Positions 62,344 through 64,000 of a stretch of DNA of 64,000 bases are shown in pieces. The notes beneath the pieces were generated by a model. It saw only the letters and a program-made list of their open reading frames with translations. It was not told the origin of the DNA and did not search any database. A program made the position numbers and the translations under genes. The DNA comes from Longimicrobiales bacterium. GTDB taxonomy: Bacteria; Gemmatimonadota; Gemmatimonadetes; Longimicrobiales; Gaopeijiaceae. Where the stretch lies: the NCBI GenBank assembly GCA_965219445.1, contig CBDCNQ010000001.1:96001-160000 (forward strand), written 5' to 3'. Position 1 is the first letter of the stretch; every line of letters starts with the position of its first letter.

Positions 62344-63456
62344 TCACCGTCGAACCGAGCCCTCGGTATAAAAGGGCAGCCGGGCGACCACAGCCGGAAT
62401 CACCTTCTCGCGAATGCGAACCCCGAGCTCGGCATCGGGACTCGTCAACTCGGCCGGCACGTAACCCAGCGCGATGCCGTAGCCGAGACTCGGGCTCACG
62501 GTCCCGCTGGTCACGGATCCCACCTCGTTCCCACCATGGACAATGGCGTATCCGGGGCGCGGAAAGCCCCGCTCCGTCAGTCGGATCCCGACGAGTTTCT
62601 GGCGAACGCCCTCGTGCTTCTGCCGCACCAAGGCATCGCGCCCGGAAAACTGTCCCTTGTCCAGCTTCACCAGCCACCCGAGCCTGCTGGCAAGCGGAGT
62701 GTGCTCCTCGTCGAGCTCGTTGCCGTACAGCGCGAAGCCCACCTCGAGCCGCAATGAGTCCCGGGCTCCGAGCCCGCAGGGAAGCAGCCCCATCCCCCCA
62801 CCCTGCTCGCACAGGGCCTTCCAAACGGCAACCGTGTCCGCCGCGCCGACGTATAGCTCGAAGCCATCCTCTCCCGTATACCCGGTCCTGCTGATCGTGG
62901 CGGCGCACCCCGCCACGCTCCCCAACATGAAATGGTAATACGCGAGGTCATCCAGATTCACGTCAGTAAGGGGATCGAGTATCCCCTGGGCGCGGGGGCC
63001 CTGGAGAGCCAGGAGGCCCACCGTGTCCGACCGGTCCTCCAACGTCGCGTCGAAGCCCTCGGCATGCTCCACGATCCATGCCCAGTCCTGGGCCCGCCGG
63101 GAGGCGTTCACCACCAGCATGTATTGGTCATCAGCCATGCGATACACGATGAGATCGTCACGGATACCGCCATTCGCCCCGCACATGGCCGAATACTGGC
63201 ACTGACGCACCGCCAGGTCCGCCGCGTCGTTGACACTCACGAGCTGAACCAGATCGATCGCCTGGGGGCCACCGACCAGGAACTCGCCCATGTGTGAAAC
63301 GTCGAAGAGGCCCGCCGCCTCCCGTACGGCCAGATGCTCCGCCGTGATGCCCGAGGGGTACTGGACCGGCATCTCGTATCCGGCGAACGGCACCATCTTA
63401 GCTCCAAGACCGAGATGCACATCATAGAGCGGAGTCCTCTTAAGCGCGTCGTTCAT
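62344..63456 (-). CDS. gcvT: Glycine cleavage system T protein
   Basis: FAGYEMPVQY, FDVSHMGE, SRTGYTGEDGFE, GARDSLRLE. Confidence 0.97.
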   Translation of the reverse strand: MNDALKRTPLYDVHLGLGAKMVPFAGYEMPVQYPSGITAEHLAVREAAGLFDVSHMGEFLVGGPQAIDLVQLVSVNDAADLAVRQCQYSAMCGANGGIRDDLIVYRMADDQYMLVVNASRRAQDWAWIVEHAEGFDATLEDRSDTVGLLALQGPRAQGILDPLTDVNLDDLAYYHFMLGSVAGCAATISRTGYTGEDGFELYVGAADTVAVWKALCEQGGGMGLLPCGLGARDSLRLEVGFALYGNELDEEHTPLASRLGWLVKLDKGQFSGRDALVRQKHEGVRQKLVGIRLTERGFPRPGYAIVHGGNEVGSVTSGTVSPSLGYGIALGYVPAELTSPDAELGVRIREKVIPAVVARLPFYTEGSVRR

Positions 63457-63581
63457 GCTATCTCGTCGTACTCGGCAGGATCCGGATCGAGCGAAAAACT
63501 ACCACTCCTCATGTCCCATCGGTAGGGGGATTGCGCCATTCTGGCAGATTTCGGGGGCAGGCAGGGGCGCCGACGCAGGAA

Positions 63582-64000
63582 TCAGAGGATGTAGCGCCTC
63601 AGGTCTACGTCGTCCACGATCGCTGAGAGGTTGTCCCGAACGAAGTCACGATCTACGACGATCCCACGAAGTTCGTCCTCGGGGAGTCCGTAGAGCACCG
63701 ATTCGAGCAGCGTCGTGAGCACCGTATGTAACCGGCGAGCCCCGATGTTCTCCATTTGGTCGTTCAAGACTGCTGAGAGCCTCGCCACCTCCGCAATCCC
63801 CTCGGTGGTGAAATCGAGAGTCGCGCCCTCGGTCGCCACCAACGCGCGGTACTGATGAACCAACGCGTTCTTCGGCTCCTGAAGAATGCGGACGAAGTCC
63901 TCCTCGCCGAGGCTCTTCAGCTCCACCCGAATGGGGAAGCGTCCCTGCAGCTCGGGGATCAGGTCACTGGGCTTCGCTACATGGAACGCCCCCGCCGCCA
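63582..64000 (-). CDS. hslU: HslU ATPase, 3' part only
   Basis: [43 protein letters not shown]. Confidence 0.95.
   Translation of the reverse strand, partial: AAGAFHVAKPSDLIPELQGRFPIRVELKSLGEEDFVRILQEPKNALVHQYRALVATEGATLDFTTEGIAEVARLSAVLNDQMENIGARRLHTVLTTLLESVLYGLPEDELRGIVVDRDFVRDNLSAIVDDVDLRRYIL

Noticed and set aside
63457..63581. Glycine riboswitch upstream of gcvT
   Set aside because: No GGAGA...GAAG...CTCTCAGG aptamer motifs on the minus strand.

Overview
GC-rich bacterial chromosome segment made mostly of core genes. Gene content and order resemble Gemmatimonadota/Longimicrobiales, but that assignment is inference. It contains guaB (partial), acs, a Fur-family regulator, an FAD oxidoreductase, dacB, moeA, etfAB, mpg, aroB, PBP1A, ruvX-mltG-thiE, a complete atp operon, moxR, pilD, a TrmH-family methyltransferase, thiD, dnaK, degP, tRNA-Leu(TAG)-tig-clpP-clpX-lon-yihA, a sigma54 activator, mog, gcvT and hslU (partial). 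Accessory and decay signals: two apparently identical ~1.56 kb IS3-family copies with atypical ends that split an EamA gene and etfB, a frameshift in etfA, an IS630-like MITE plus a second isolated end, and an orphan 3' remnant of a DASS/SLC13 transporter. Other leads are a gamma-carbonic-anhydrase/zinc-ribbon fusion, an NYN-LOTUS-HhH protein, a candidate structured RNA between the atp operon and moxR, a recurring TTGAC-N16-GTCAA palindrome, and a sigma54-type promoter before dnaK. I see no CRISPR array, prophage or clear multi-gene novel system. All family calls come from motif recognition, not database searches.
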